The notes under the pieces were generated by a model. That model saw only the letters and a program-made list of their open reading frames with translations, did not search any database and was not told where the DNA came from. Shown here in pieces: positions 18,362 to 26,552 of a stretch of 64,000 nucleotides of DNA. Source of the DNA: an uncultured Acidobacteriaceae bacterium. Its GTDB lineage: Bacteria; Acidobacteriota; Terriglobia; Terriglobales; Acidobacteriaceae. A program made the translations under genes and the position numbers. The stretch is taken from assembly GCA_963747615.1 (NCBI GenBank), contig CAVVFP010000004.1, forward strand, positions 4,841 through 68,840, in the 5' to 3' direction. How positions within the stretch are numbered: position 1 is the stretch's first letter; every line of letters begins with the position of its first letter.

Positions 18362-19084
18362 ATGGAACGCATTCTCATCATCGATGATGACGTCGAACTC
18401 TGTACCCTGGTCGGCGAATACTTGCAGGCCGAGGGGTTCACGGTAGAGTCGGTGCACGATGGCGAGAATGGCCTGCAGCGCGCCACGGGCGGCGGCTACC
18501 TGCTGGTGGTTCTCGATGTCATGCTGCCCGGCATCAATGGCTTCGAGGTGCTGCGCAGAATCCGCGCTACCTCCCGCCTGCCGGTGCTTTTGCTGACGGC
18601 CCGCGGGGAAGATGTGGACCGCATTGTCGGACTCGAAATTGGCGCCGACGACTATCTGCCCAAACCCTTCAATCCGCGGGAACTCGTAGCGCGCATTCGA
18701 GCGATCCTGCGCCGCACCCATAGTGACAAATCGGTTCCCTCCGCGCCCGAGGTCGTTCGCGTGGGTGAGATTGAACTCGATCCCGCGACCCGCAGCGTGC
18801 GCCGCGACGGCCAACCGGTCGACCTCACCTCAGTTGAATTTAACTTGCTGGAAGTCTTGTTGCGCGAGGCGGGCCGCGTGGTTCCGCGGGAGCGTCTGGT
18901 GAATGCCGTGCTCAGCCGCAAATTTTCGCCCTTCGACCGCAGCATCGACATGCACGTCAGCAAGGTCCGCAAGAAGCTCGGCGATACTGACGCCGACGAG
19001 CATATAAAGACGATCCGCGGCGTAGGCTACATTTTTGCCCGTCCGCGCGAAAAGGCCGGGGAAAAGGTAAAGGCCACCTCATGA
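18362..19084 (+). CDS. OmpR/PhoB-family response regulator (CpxR-like)
   Basis: Receiver domain (MERILIIDDD..., VLDVMLPGINGFEV, KPF) plus winged-helix output domain (IKTIRGVGYIF). Start taken at ATG 18362; the ORF opens at 18326. Confidence 0.9.
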   Translation: MERILIIDDDVELCTLVGEYLQAEGFTVESVHDGENGLQRATGGGYLLVVLDVMLPGINGFEVLRRIRATSRLPVLLLTARGEDVDRIVGLEIGADDYLPKPFNPRELVARIRAILRRTHSDKSVPSAPEVVRVGEIELDPATRSVRRDGQPVDLTSVEFNLLEVLLREAGRVVPRERLVNAVLSRKFSPFDRSIDMHVSKVRKKLGDTDADEHIKTIRGVGYIFARPREKAGEKVKATS

Positions 19085-20499
19085 AAAGCCTCTTCCTCAA
19101 GATTTTTCTTTCCTTCTGGATGGCTTTTGCCTTGTTTCTCGTGTTAGCCATCTTGGTCACTCTGGCGTTTCGTCCGAGGACCTCCAGTTGGGAGGCTCTC
19201 CTTGCCACCGCGATGAACGACTCGGTGAATGCCTACGAACAGAGAGGCACAGCGGGGTTGGGTGAGTATTTCGATAATCTGGAGAAGACGCAGCACGTGC
19301 GCGTCTTTCTATTCAACGAAAACATGGAGGAGATTTTGCACCGGGGCGCGCCAGAATGGGCGCTGCGTGTCGCGAAGGGTGGACCACGGGTGCCGCACGA
19401 AGGCTTTATTTTTCCCGCCCCCCCTCCAGTGTTGCGCGATTCGCGCGCTTCCTCTGACGGATTGCATCGTTACACGCTGGTGTTGTCACCTCCGCCTGGG
19501 CCACGTCTGTTTCTCGGTCCGCGAGGATTGCCCTTCCCGGGGTTGATAATCGCCGTAATTTCTTCGGGCCTGGTCTGCTATCTGCTCGCGTGGTTCCTGA
19601 CTATGCCGATCGTGCGTTTGCGTGCGGCCACGCGTCAACTGGCCGCCGGCGATCTCACCGCACGGGCCGGTGCTCCCAATGTCAGGCGGCGCGACGAAGT
19701 TGCCGGCTTGATGCGGGATTTTGACGGCATGGCGGAACGGCTGGAAAACCTGGTCAAAGCACAATCCCGTCTGCTCAATGACATCTCGCACGAACTGCGC
19801 TCACCTCTCGCGCGGCTGAATGTAGCTTTGGGCTTGGCGCGGCAGCGCTCCGGGCCGGAAACCGCGGCCATGCTGGAACGCATTGAACTGGAAGCCGGAC
19901 GCCTCAATGAACTCATTGGCCGTCTGCTCACTCTGGCGCGCCTGGAAGACGGTGAGCAGCGCGTCGCCACTACGCCAGTTCTGCTCGATGAAGTTGTGCT
20001 CAACGTGGCCGAAGACGCCGAGTTTGAAGCGCAGGCGCGGCACTGCCACGTTCGCAGCGAAATTCCTCCGGGAAGCTGGGCGGTGCGCGGAGATGCCTCC
20101 CTGCTGCACAGTGCCATCGAGAACGTAGTCCGCAATGCCATCCGTTACACCCGCGAAGGCACATCAGTCGAGATCCATTTGGAGAAGGCGACTGGCTCCG
20201 CCGGCGCAGAGGCCGTGGTTCGAGTTACCGATTGCGGGGATGGCGTTCCCGCCGATGCGCTGGAAAAATTGTTTCAGCCGTTCTACCGCCTGGACGACGC
20301 TCGCGGCCGGCAGACCGGTGGAGTCGGCCTGGGCCTGGCTATCACCGAGCGCGCCGTACGCTTCCACGGCGGACGCGTCGCAGCTGTGAACCGCGCCCAA
20401 GGCGGACTCATGGTAGAAATTCACCTGCCTCTGATGCCCTTAACCCCAGTGGCCAGTGGTCAGTGGCCAGCGGCCAGTGAGATTCCGGCTGGGCGCTGA
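19081..20499 (+). CDS. sensor histidine kinase (two TM helices, HAMP, HisKA, HATPase_c)
   Basis: 472 aa. 4-nt overlap with the regulator gene. H-box SHELRSPLARL, N-box NVVRNAIRYT, G-boxes DCGDGVP and GGVGLGLAI. Confidence 0.9.
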   Translation: MKSLFLKIFLSFWMAFALFLVLAILVTLAFRPRTSSWEALLATAMNDSVNAYEQRGTAGLGEYFDNLEKTQHVRVFLFNENMEEILHRGAPEWALRVAKGGPRVPHEGFIFPAPPPVLRDSRASSDGLHRYTLVLSPPPGPRLFLGPRGLPFPGLIIAVISSGLVCYLLAWFLTMPIVRLRAATRQLAAGDLTARAGAPNVRRRDEVAGLMRDFDGMAERLENLVKAQSRLLNDISHELRSPLARLNVALGLARQRSGPETAAMLERIELEAGRLNELIGRLLTLARLEDGEQRVATTPVLLDEVVLNVAEDAEFEAQARHCHVRSEIPPGSWAVRGDASLLHSAIENVVRNAIRYTREGTSVEIHLEKATGSAGAEAVVRVTDCGDGVPADALEKLFQPFYRLDDARGRQTGGVGLGLAITERAVRFHGGRVAAVNRAQGGLMVEIHLPLMPLTPVASGQWPAASEIPAGR

Positions 20500-20533
20500 C
20501 CACTGATCACTGATCACTAGCCACTGTCCACTG
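20447..20533 (+). repeat. heptamer-built hairpin (CAGTGGY family), left arm inside the kinase 3' end
   Basis: Left CAGTGGC CAGTGGT CAGTGGC CAGCGGC CAGTGA (20447-20480) encodes ...VASGQWPAASE. Right GACCACT GATCACT GATCACT AGCCACT GTCCACT G (20498-20533). Same heptamer family as 3350-3428. Confidence 0.8.
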
Positions 20534-20708
20534 CCGTTCAGGCAACTCCCAACCCCGTCTGCGGTTCCAACAACCTGAGTGGGGGTTTGCTCTTCCCGCG
20601 TATTCCTGATACATAAATGAATGGCAATTCACGCCTTAAAATAGGGTTTGTGCCCGGCCCGCGACGCCGGGGAATCCACTACCACGTAAGCAGGAGATAA
20701 AGTAAAGA

Positions 20709-22004
20709 ATGCGGACAAGGTTTCCCTGGATTGTGGCGATTCTCGCTCTGGTTGCGATCGGCTTCCTGCTAGCCTGCAGCACGAAGTACTCGGCTAACTC
20801 TTCCACCCACGCCTTGGTGGTCGTCCCAACCCAGGGCACGATAGAGATCCCAGACGAAACGGCGGTAATGGAGACCTTCAGCATCAATCTGGCCAATGGT
20901 AGCGCTTCGCAGATTAACAACGTGAACGGTCCCCCTACCCCGGGACTTCCGGCGGCAGTGATCCTTGATCCAGCGGGCAAGAACGCATACGTAATCGTCC
21001 ACCAGAATGCGGAGCTGGTTCCCAGCCAAACCGGCATCACAGCGTTTCCGATTGGCTCCGATGGCAAGTTGGCGTCGGGAACGACAACAACTCTCAACAA
21101 CACGACCGGTGGAACCCCCGTTGTACCGGTTGCCCTGGCGATTGACTCCGCCGGAAAGTTTCTCTTCGTGGCAGACAGCTCGACTAACGGGTTGCCGGGG
21201 TCGGTTTCGGTACTCGCCATCGGCACTAACGGCGCCTTGACGGAGTTAGCGGATTCACCGTTTACACTTCCAGTCGAGCCCGGCAACCAAATTGCCAGCG
21301 CATCCGCGCTCGCCGTATCCCAAACTGCTTACCCCATTCAGTATTCGACTTGTTCCGGCGTGGCGCCTCCCACCACGGAGAATCTCTACGTGACCGATTC
21401 AGTCAACTACGTCCTGGTGAACTACTCTGTGGATCCCTCGGCGGGAACGCTGACGCTCATGCCTTACTCGACTTCTTCCCCGGGAATTCCAACCCACCAG
21501 GTTCCCTCCGGCGTGGCGGTCGACCCCTGCAACCAGTTCGTTTATGTGGCGAACTCGCTCACCAATGATGTCAGCGCCTACAGAGTCTGCAGCGCGATTA
21601 ATGTCCTCTCCACCCCGCCCTGCGTGAGTGCCGACTTCAGCCTGAACCAGATCCAAGCCTGCCCCAACAACGCCACCTTTTGCCCTGCGGCCAATGCTCC
21701 TGGGCCGATCTCGGTGGATGCATACGGCAAGTTCTTATACGTAGTGAATACCGGGTCGAGCAACATCACAGGTTACATAATCAACCGCAGCACTGGCGTT
21801 TTGGCGCAGTTTGTCGGAGTACCCGCGGCCGCAGGCCTGGGTGCGAACTCGATCGCGATTCGCAGTGACGACAGTTGGCTCTTCGTGGCCAACACCAATG
21901 CCACAACCGTCTCGCAATACTCCATCAGCTTCTCGAGTGGAGTCTTGAATCCGGTAGGGCCGATTAACACTTTGGACTTACCATCAGGCGTGGCCGTGAA
22001 GTAG
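20709..22004 (+). CDS. lipoprotein, lactonase-type beta-propeller family
   Basis: 431 aa. Lipobox FLLAC at residues 19-23. Recurring blades of the type FVYVANSLTNDVSAYRV / FLYVVNTGSSNITGYII / WLFVANTNATTVSQYSI. Confidence 0.7.
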   Translation: MRTRFPWIVAILALVAIGFLLACSTKYSANSSTHALVVVPTQGTIEIPDETAVMETFSINLANGSASQINNVNGPPTPGLPAAVILDPAGKNAYVIVHQNAELVPSQTGITAFPIGSDGKLASGTTTTLNNTTGGTPVVPVALAIDSAGKFLFVADSSTNGLPGSVSVLAIGTNGALTELADSPFTLPVEPGNQIASASALAVSQTAYPIQYSTCSGVAPPTTENLYVTDSVNYVLVNYSVDPSAGTLTLMPYSTSSPGIPTHQVPSGVAVDPCNQFVYVANSLTNDVSAYRVCSAINVLSTPPCVSADFSLNQIQACPNNATFCPAANAPGPISVDAYGKFLYVVNTGSSNITGYIINRSTGVLAQFVGVPAAAGLGANSIAIRSDDSWLFVANTNATTVSQYSISFSSGVLNPVGPINTLDLPSGVAVK

Positions 22005-22048
22005 AACATGTATCGAGTGCGGGGATTGAAAGTACCGCGGCTGAATAA

Positions 22049-22504
22049 TCAGGGCTCAAGCAACCCCTCCAATAGCGGATGCTTGCCTGCGGAAAACGGA
22101 TTGGCAACCGTCACTCCGTTCCAGGTGAAGCCCGGCTGAAGATCCTCGGAAAGTAGCAGACGACAGCCCGCAGCCGCCGCAGCCGCGAAAATTACCGCAT
22201 CCCAGATGACGAGGCTGTGGCGCGCGGCCAAGTCGGCGCCGGCGATCAGAACCGTGGACGAGGTTTCAATCAGAGGAAAGGCGTCCTGCCAGCTCAAGAT
22301 CGCGGCCCGCGCCCGTTCCGGCGGGCGTCCAGCTTTTCTCACCAGCACGTGAAATAATTCCCCCAACACCTGAACCGGCAGGAAAGTGGAGTCGGCGGGC
22401 AGCTTGGCAATGATTTCGAGAGCGGTCTTCTTTTTCGCGGCGCCGTTTACGCCCTCTGCATAAGCCAAGACATTGGTATCGAGCGCGAGCCTCACTGGAT
22501 CCAC
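22049..22504 (-). CDS. vapC: PIN-domain toxin VapC
   Basis: 151 aa. PIN acidic residues in LALDTNVL, VLGEL, VIWDAVI and LSEDLQ. The start abuts the antitoxin stop. Confidence 0.85.
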   Translation of the reverse strand: MDPVRLALDTNVLAYAEGVNGAAKKKTALEIIAKLPADSTFLPVQVLGELFHVLVRKAGRPPERARAAILSWQDAFPLIETSSTVLIAGADLAARHSLVIWDAVIFAAAAAAGCRLLLSEDLQPGFTWNGVTVANPFSAGKHPLLEGLLEP

Positions 22505-22741
22505 CTAGTCGTATAGCTCGTCTCGTTTCCAGCGTCCGATCTTGACGACGCGCTCGGCCTTCAAGCGGCTGAGCAGAGATGCGCGAGCGCTGGCCGCGCT
22601 TGCGCCGTTGTCTTTGAGCGGGGAGATGCGGGCTACAGCCTTGCCGTGGCTGGTCACCACGAAGCTTTGTCCCTCCCGGACATCCCGCAACAGCTGGGAA
22701 AATTTCCGGTTGGCGTCTGCAGCCGAAATGGCTTTCTCCAT
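22505..22741 (-). CDS. Phd/YefM-family antitoxin
   Basis: 78 aa. MEKAISAADANRKFSQLLRDVREGQSFVVTSHGKAVARISP is the typical Phd/YefM N-terminus. Confidence 0.85.
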   Translation of the reverse strand: MEKAISAADANRKFSQLLRDVREGQSFVVTSHGKAVARISPLKDNGASAASARASLLSRLKAERVVKIGRWKRDELYD

Positions 22742-22753
22742 GCTTCGATCTCC

Positions 22754-22791
22754 AAGTAGTTATATTACCTACTTTTGATCTGGACCGTCAA
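22754..22791 (-). promoter_or_regulatory. candidate phd-vapC promoter with overlapping palindromic operator
   Basis: On the minus strand: TTGACG (22786-22791), then TAATAT (22762-22767) after an 18-nt spacer. The inverted repeat AAGTAG-N9-CTACTT (22754-22774) spans the -10 element. GGAG lies upstream of the ATG. Confidence 0.5.
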
Positions 22792-22853
22792 GCCGTTTGG
22801 TTTACAATTGCCTGTTTCAGGCACTCATCTTTTAGCACTCCGTGGAGGAATCT

Positions 22854-23861
22854 ATGAAGCTCACCGCTGGCAAGCTTGCGGGTCTCAGGAAAGTCTCGAA
22901 CGAACGCGGCGTGATCGCTGCGGCCGCGATGGATCAGCGCGGTTCGCTGCAGAAATCACTGGGCAAAGAAAAAGGCGGCGAAGTCAGTGACGCCATGATG
23001 GAAGAATTCAAGACGCTGGTCACCGAAGTCTTGACGCCGCATGCCAGCGCTATCCTGCTCGACCCCGAGTGGGGGCTGCCGGCTTCCAAACACCGCGCCA
23101 AGAACGCCGGTCTGCTGCTGGCCTATGAGAAGACGGGATATGACAAAACTGGTCCAGGACGTTTGGGAGATCTGCTCGATCACTGGTCGGCACGCCGGCT
23201 GAAAGAAGCTGGCGCGGATTGCGTGAAGATTCTGCTCTACTACTCGCCATTCGATCCGAAAGATGTGAACGATAAGAAGCACGCCTGGGTGGAGCGCATC
23301 GGAGACGAATGCCGCGCCAATGATATCCCATACTTTTTGGAGTTTGTGGGCTACGAAGAAGGCGCCGACGAGAAGGGACTGGACTACGCCAAGAAAAAGC
23401 CGCAGATCGTCACCGAGAGCATGCGCGAATTCAGCAAAGATCGCTACGGCGTAGACGTTCTGAAGGTGGAAGTGCCGGTGAACATGAAGTTCGTTGACGG
23501 CGTGAAATGCTTCGGCGGGCAGAAGGCCTACACGAAGCAGGAAGCGATTAACTTCTTCCACCAGGCGGCGAACGTGGCAACCAAGCCGTTCATCTATCTT
23601 TCGGCGGGCGTCAGCAACGCGGAATTCAGCGAGACCCTGGAGTTGGCCGGAGAATCCGGGGTGAAATTTAACGGAGTACTGTGCGGACGCGCGACCTGGA
23701 AAGACGGCATCCCGATCTACGCCAAGCATGGCGCGGCGGCATTCCGCGCGTGGCTTGAGACGGAAGGCGTGAAGAACATCAATAACGTGAACAGTAAGCT
23801 GAAGGCCGCGACCTCGTGGTTCTCGATTTACGGAGTAGAGCCAGTGCTGGCAGGCGCGTAG
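22854..23861 (+). CDS. lacD: tagatose-1,6-bisphosphate aldolase (LacD family, class I)
   Basis: Colinear with streptococcal LacD: AMDQRGSL, ILLDPEWGL, LLLAYEKTGYD, KILLYY, ERIGDEC..DIPYFLEF, GVDVLKVEVPVNM, IYLSAGVS, GVLCGRATW. ATG 22854 is preceded by GGAGGA. Confidence 0.8.
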   Translation: MKLTAGKLAGLRKVSNERGVIAAAAMDQRGSLQKSLGKEKGGEVSDAMMEEFKTLVTEVLTPHASAILLDPEWGLPASKHRAKNAGLLLAYEKTGYDKTGPGRLGDLLDHWSARRLKEAGADCVKILLYYSPFDPKDVNDKKHAWVERIGDECRANDIPYFLEFVGYEEGADEKGLDYAKKKPQIVTESMREFSKDRYGVDVLKVEVPVNMKFVDGVKCFGGQKAYTKQEAINFFHQAANVATKPFIYLSAGVSNAEFSETLELAGESGVKFNGVLCGRATWKDGIPIYAKHGAAAFRAWLETEGVKNINNVNSKLKAATSWFSIYGVEPVLAGA

Positions 23862-23950
23862 GTGTTGGATTGTGTGTGTGGCGCGGGCGCCCTCGCCCGC
23901 GCTTTTTCTTTCTGACGAAAGCTTCTCGAGAGGCAGACAAAACTTCCTGT

Positions 23951-24743
23951 ATGCAATCGCACCCTCAAACCGCCCTGATCACTGGCGCCTCCGGCGGCAT
24001 CGGCTATGAGCTGGCCAAACTGTTTGCCCGCGATCACTACAACCAGGTTCTGGTGGCTCGCAGCTCAGACAAACTGAACCGGGTGGCTGCTGACCTGCAG
24101 AGCGAATTTGGCGTCAGCGTGAAAACAGTCGCGCTCGATCTGGCTGCGGCCGCGGCTCCCAAATTTCTATTCGATCAATTGCAGCACGAAAGAATTGCGG
24201 TCGATATCCTGGTAAACAACGCCGGCTTCGGCACGTTTGGCGAGTTCGCCACGATTCCGGAGGAAGAAATCCTGGGGCAGATTCACCTCAACATTACTGC
24301 GCTCACTCATTTGACCCGGTTGTCCCTTCCGGCGATGCTCGAGCGGCGAAGCGGCAAGATCATGAACGTAGCGTCCACCGCGGCTTTTCAGCCGGGCCCG
24401 ATGATGGCCGTCTATTACGCGACCAAGGCGTATGTGCTTTCGTTTTCAGAGGCGTTGGCCAACGAACTCTCGGGCTCGGGCGTGGTGGTAAGCTGTTTCT
24501 GCCCCGGAGCTACCGACACTGATTTTCAGAAGCGGGCGAATATGGAAGACTCGCGGCTATTCAAGAAAATGCGGCCAATGACCGCACCAAGCGGTGGCCC
24601 GCGACGGCTACAACGGCTTGATGGCCGGACGAACGTTGGTCATTTCGGGGGTCCGGAATTGGATGGTGGCGGAGTCAGTTCGGTTTGCCCCGCGGAAATT
24701 TGTGACCGCGATTTCACGGTGGGTCGCGGAGAAGGTAGAGTAA
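23951..24743 (+). pseudogene. short-chain dehydrogenase/reductase (SDR) with a +1 frame disruption near 24582-24593
   Basis: N-terminal 210 aa in one frame (ALITGASGGIGYELAK..., NNAG, YYATKAY). The conserved C-terminus AVARDGYNGLMAGRTLVISGVRNWMVAESVRFAPRKFVTAISRWVAEKVE* is in the next frame and ends at TAA 24741-24743. Total length 793 nt = 3n+1, which fits a 1-nt insertion or a sequencing indel. Confidence 0.75.
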
Positions 24744-24808
24744 CGAGGTGGATTAAACAAGAAAAAGAGAGAGGCTGGGCAGAGAAACTTAAACCCTGGG
24801 AAATTCTT

Positions 24809-25873
24809 ATGATCAATCGACGTGAGCGGTCGCTTCTTAGTTGCGGAATGGTTGGAGCTGTCCTGGTCCTCGCATTATTTGCGCTGCCAACGCCGTCACC
24901 GGCCGCGCCCGGCAAAGCCCTCGAAATTTACTTTGTAGACGTGGAAGGCGGCCAGGCCACGCTTTTTGTTACGCCCGCAGGCCAATCGCTGCTCATCGAT
25001 ACGGGCTGGCCGGGCAATGCCGGGCGTGACGCCGACCGGATCGTCGCGGCTGCAAAGAAAGCCGGTCTATCGAAAATTGATTTCGTTCTGCTCACTCACT
25101 ATCACACGGACCATGCCGGCGGAGTTCCGCCGCTCATCGCGAAGATTCCAGTTGGTACGTTCATCGATCACGGCCCGAACCGCGAGACCGAGGGGGCAAC
25201 CGAGCAGAACTGGGAAGCCTACCAGAACGTACTCTCAACCCAGAGCGTGAAACGCATCGTCGCAAAACCTGGCGATATTCTGCCCATCAAGGGCTTTCGC
25301 GCCGAGGTCGTGAGTGCTGACGGAGCGGTACTCCAGAAGCCTTTGAAGGGCGGGGGCGCGCAGAATCCCGCGTGCGAAACGACTGAAAAACGGCCAGCGG
25401 ATCAAACTGAAAATGCGCGCTCACTCGGAACGCTCATCACTTTTGGCAAGGTTCGCATTCTCGATCTCGGCGATCTTACATGGGATAAAGAACTCGACCT
25501 GGTTTGTCCCTTCAATAAGCTGGGCCCCGTCGACGTCTTCATCGTTTCCCATCACGGCTTCAAGCAGAGCAACAGCCCGGCTCTTCTCGCCGCCATTTCC
25601 CCACGCCTTGCGATAATGGATAACGGCTCGGATAAGGGTGGCTCTCCTGCGTCCTGGGATACCATCAAGAAATCTCCGAGGCTCGAAGACTTCTGGCAGC
25701 TTCATTTTTCAGACGAAGGCGGTCCGGCGCACAATTCTGCCGACTCACTTATCGCCAACCTTCAAGGACCGGACGGCGGCAACTATCTCAAGCTCTCGGT
25801 TTCGCCAGACGGGAAACTCGAAGTCTATAATTCGCGAACCCAAACCACGAAAGACTATGCCCCGAAGCCTTAA
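24809..25873 (+). CDS. MBL-fold metallo-hydrolase, secreted (ComEC-C/beta-lactamase-like)
   Basis: ATG 24809. Signal-like MINRRERSLLSCGMVGAVLVLALFALPTPSPAAPG. LLIDTGWPG...IDFVLLTHYHTDHAGG and later VSHHGF. Confidence 0.75.
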   Translation: MINRRERSLLSCGMVGAVLVLALFALPTPSPAAPGKALEIYFVDVEGGQATLFVTPAGQSLLIDTGWPGNAGRDADRIVAAAKKAGLSKIDFVLLTHYHTDHAGGVPPLIAKIPVGTFIDHGPNRETEGATEQNWEAYQNVLSTQSVKRIVAKPGDILPIKGFRAEVVSADGAVLQKPLKGGGAQNPACETTEKRPADQTENARSLGTLITFGKVRILDLGDLTWDKELDLVCPFNKLGPVDVFIVSHHGFKQSNSPALLAAISPRLAIMDNGSDKGGSPASWDTIKKSPRLEDFWQLHFSDEGGPAHNSADSLIANLQGPDGGNYLKLSVSPDGKLEVYNSRTQTTKDYAPKP

Positions 25874-25901
25874 CGACGAAGGCACCGAAAATGATCTGTG
25901 C

Positions 25902-26516
25902 CTACGGAATTGACTGCAATTGTGACGTGAGCTGATTCACCGCGGAGACGTCGAAAAAATCCGAGAGATCGGCGTGTCCCGCCAGAGTCTCCCGCTCCTT
26001 ACCTTCCACCAGAATCTTCACCTTCAGAATGCCGGGGAGGTTCGCCGCCAGCGTCTGGATCAGCGACGCCACCGTGAGTTCTTCGGAGAGAACGCCGGAG
26101 CGGTGGCCGTCAGCCAAGGCCGAGTTGATGTCGATGACGGCCAGTCCGGGGTCGACCAGGTAGACGCTGCGAATATCCGCTCCCGCCGGCAACGGGTGAG
26201 GCGAAGACTTGTCCAGGTACAGTGCCAGTAAAGCACGAAGCAACTCTTCAGCGCGTTGCTGCCGCACTGACGGCAGCGGGATTTGAGCCGACTGCGCGCG
26301 CAGTATGCCGATATCGTCGTACGCGACGAACAACGTGACTCGTTCGGTAGGTCCGGCGACGGGCGCTTCCACAGGACGAGTGTCGCTAGAGGCGACCGGA
26401 CTGGCCGCAGCGCGTCCGCGCATGCGCCACGCGTACAGGCTCATGCCCAGCACGGCCAGCAGCAGCACCGCTACCGCAATATAAAAAGAACGTGGGATCA
26501 ATGTTTCTCGAATCAT
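25902..26516 (-). CDS. GerMN-domain protein
   Basis: 204 aa. N-terminal TM anchor. GerM-like body (VTLFVAY..., IRSVYLVDPGLAVIDIN, KVKILVEGKERETLAGHADLS). Downstream of the amidase in the same orientation. Confidence 0.65.
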   Translation of the reverse strand: MIRETLIPRSFYIAVAVLLLAVLGMSLYAWRMRGRAAASPVASSDTRPVEAPVAGPTERVTLFVAYDDIGILRAQSAQIPLPSVRQQRAEELLRALLALYLDKSSPHPLPAGADIRSVYLVDPGLAVIDINSALADGHRSGVLSEELTVASLIQTLAANLPGILKVKILVEGKERETLAGHADLSDFFDVSAVNQLTSQLQSIP

Positions 26517-26552
26517 TTTTTCCGGTCACGCTTTTCTTATCATGCTCTTCAA

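Noticed and set aside
3350-20533. Whether the short tandem repeats (heptamer runs, CACGGAT runs, 13/14-nt arrays) are CRISPR arrays
   Set aside because: The units are 7-14 nt and directly abutting, with no unique spacers. The runs total under 60 nt, and no cas genes are present.
23816-25873. A single 685-aa ORF that would be an SDR-MBL fusion protein
   Set aside because: The linker (aa ~255-330) is non-homologous filler. The conserved SDR C-terminus sits in the +1 frame with its own stop at 24741-24743, and the MBL part has its own ATG (24809) and signal peptide. I treat it as a frameshifted SDR plus a separate MBL gene.
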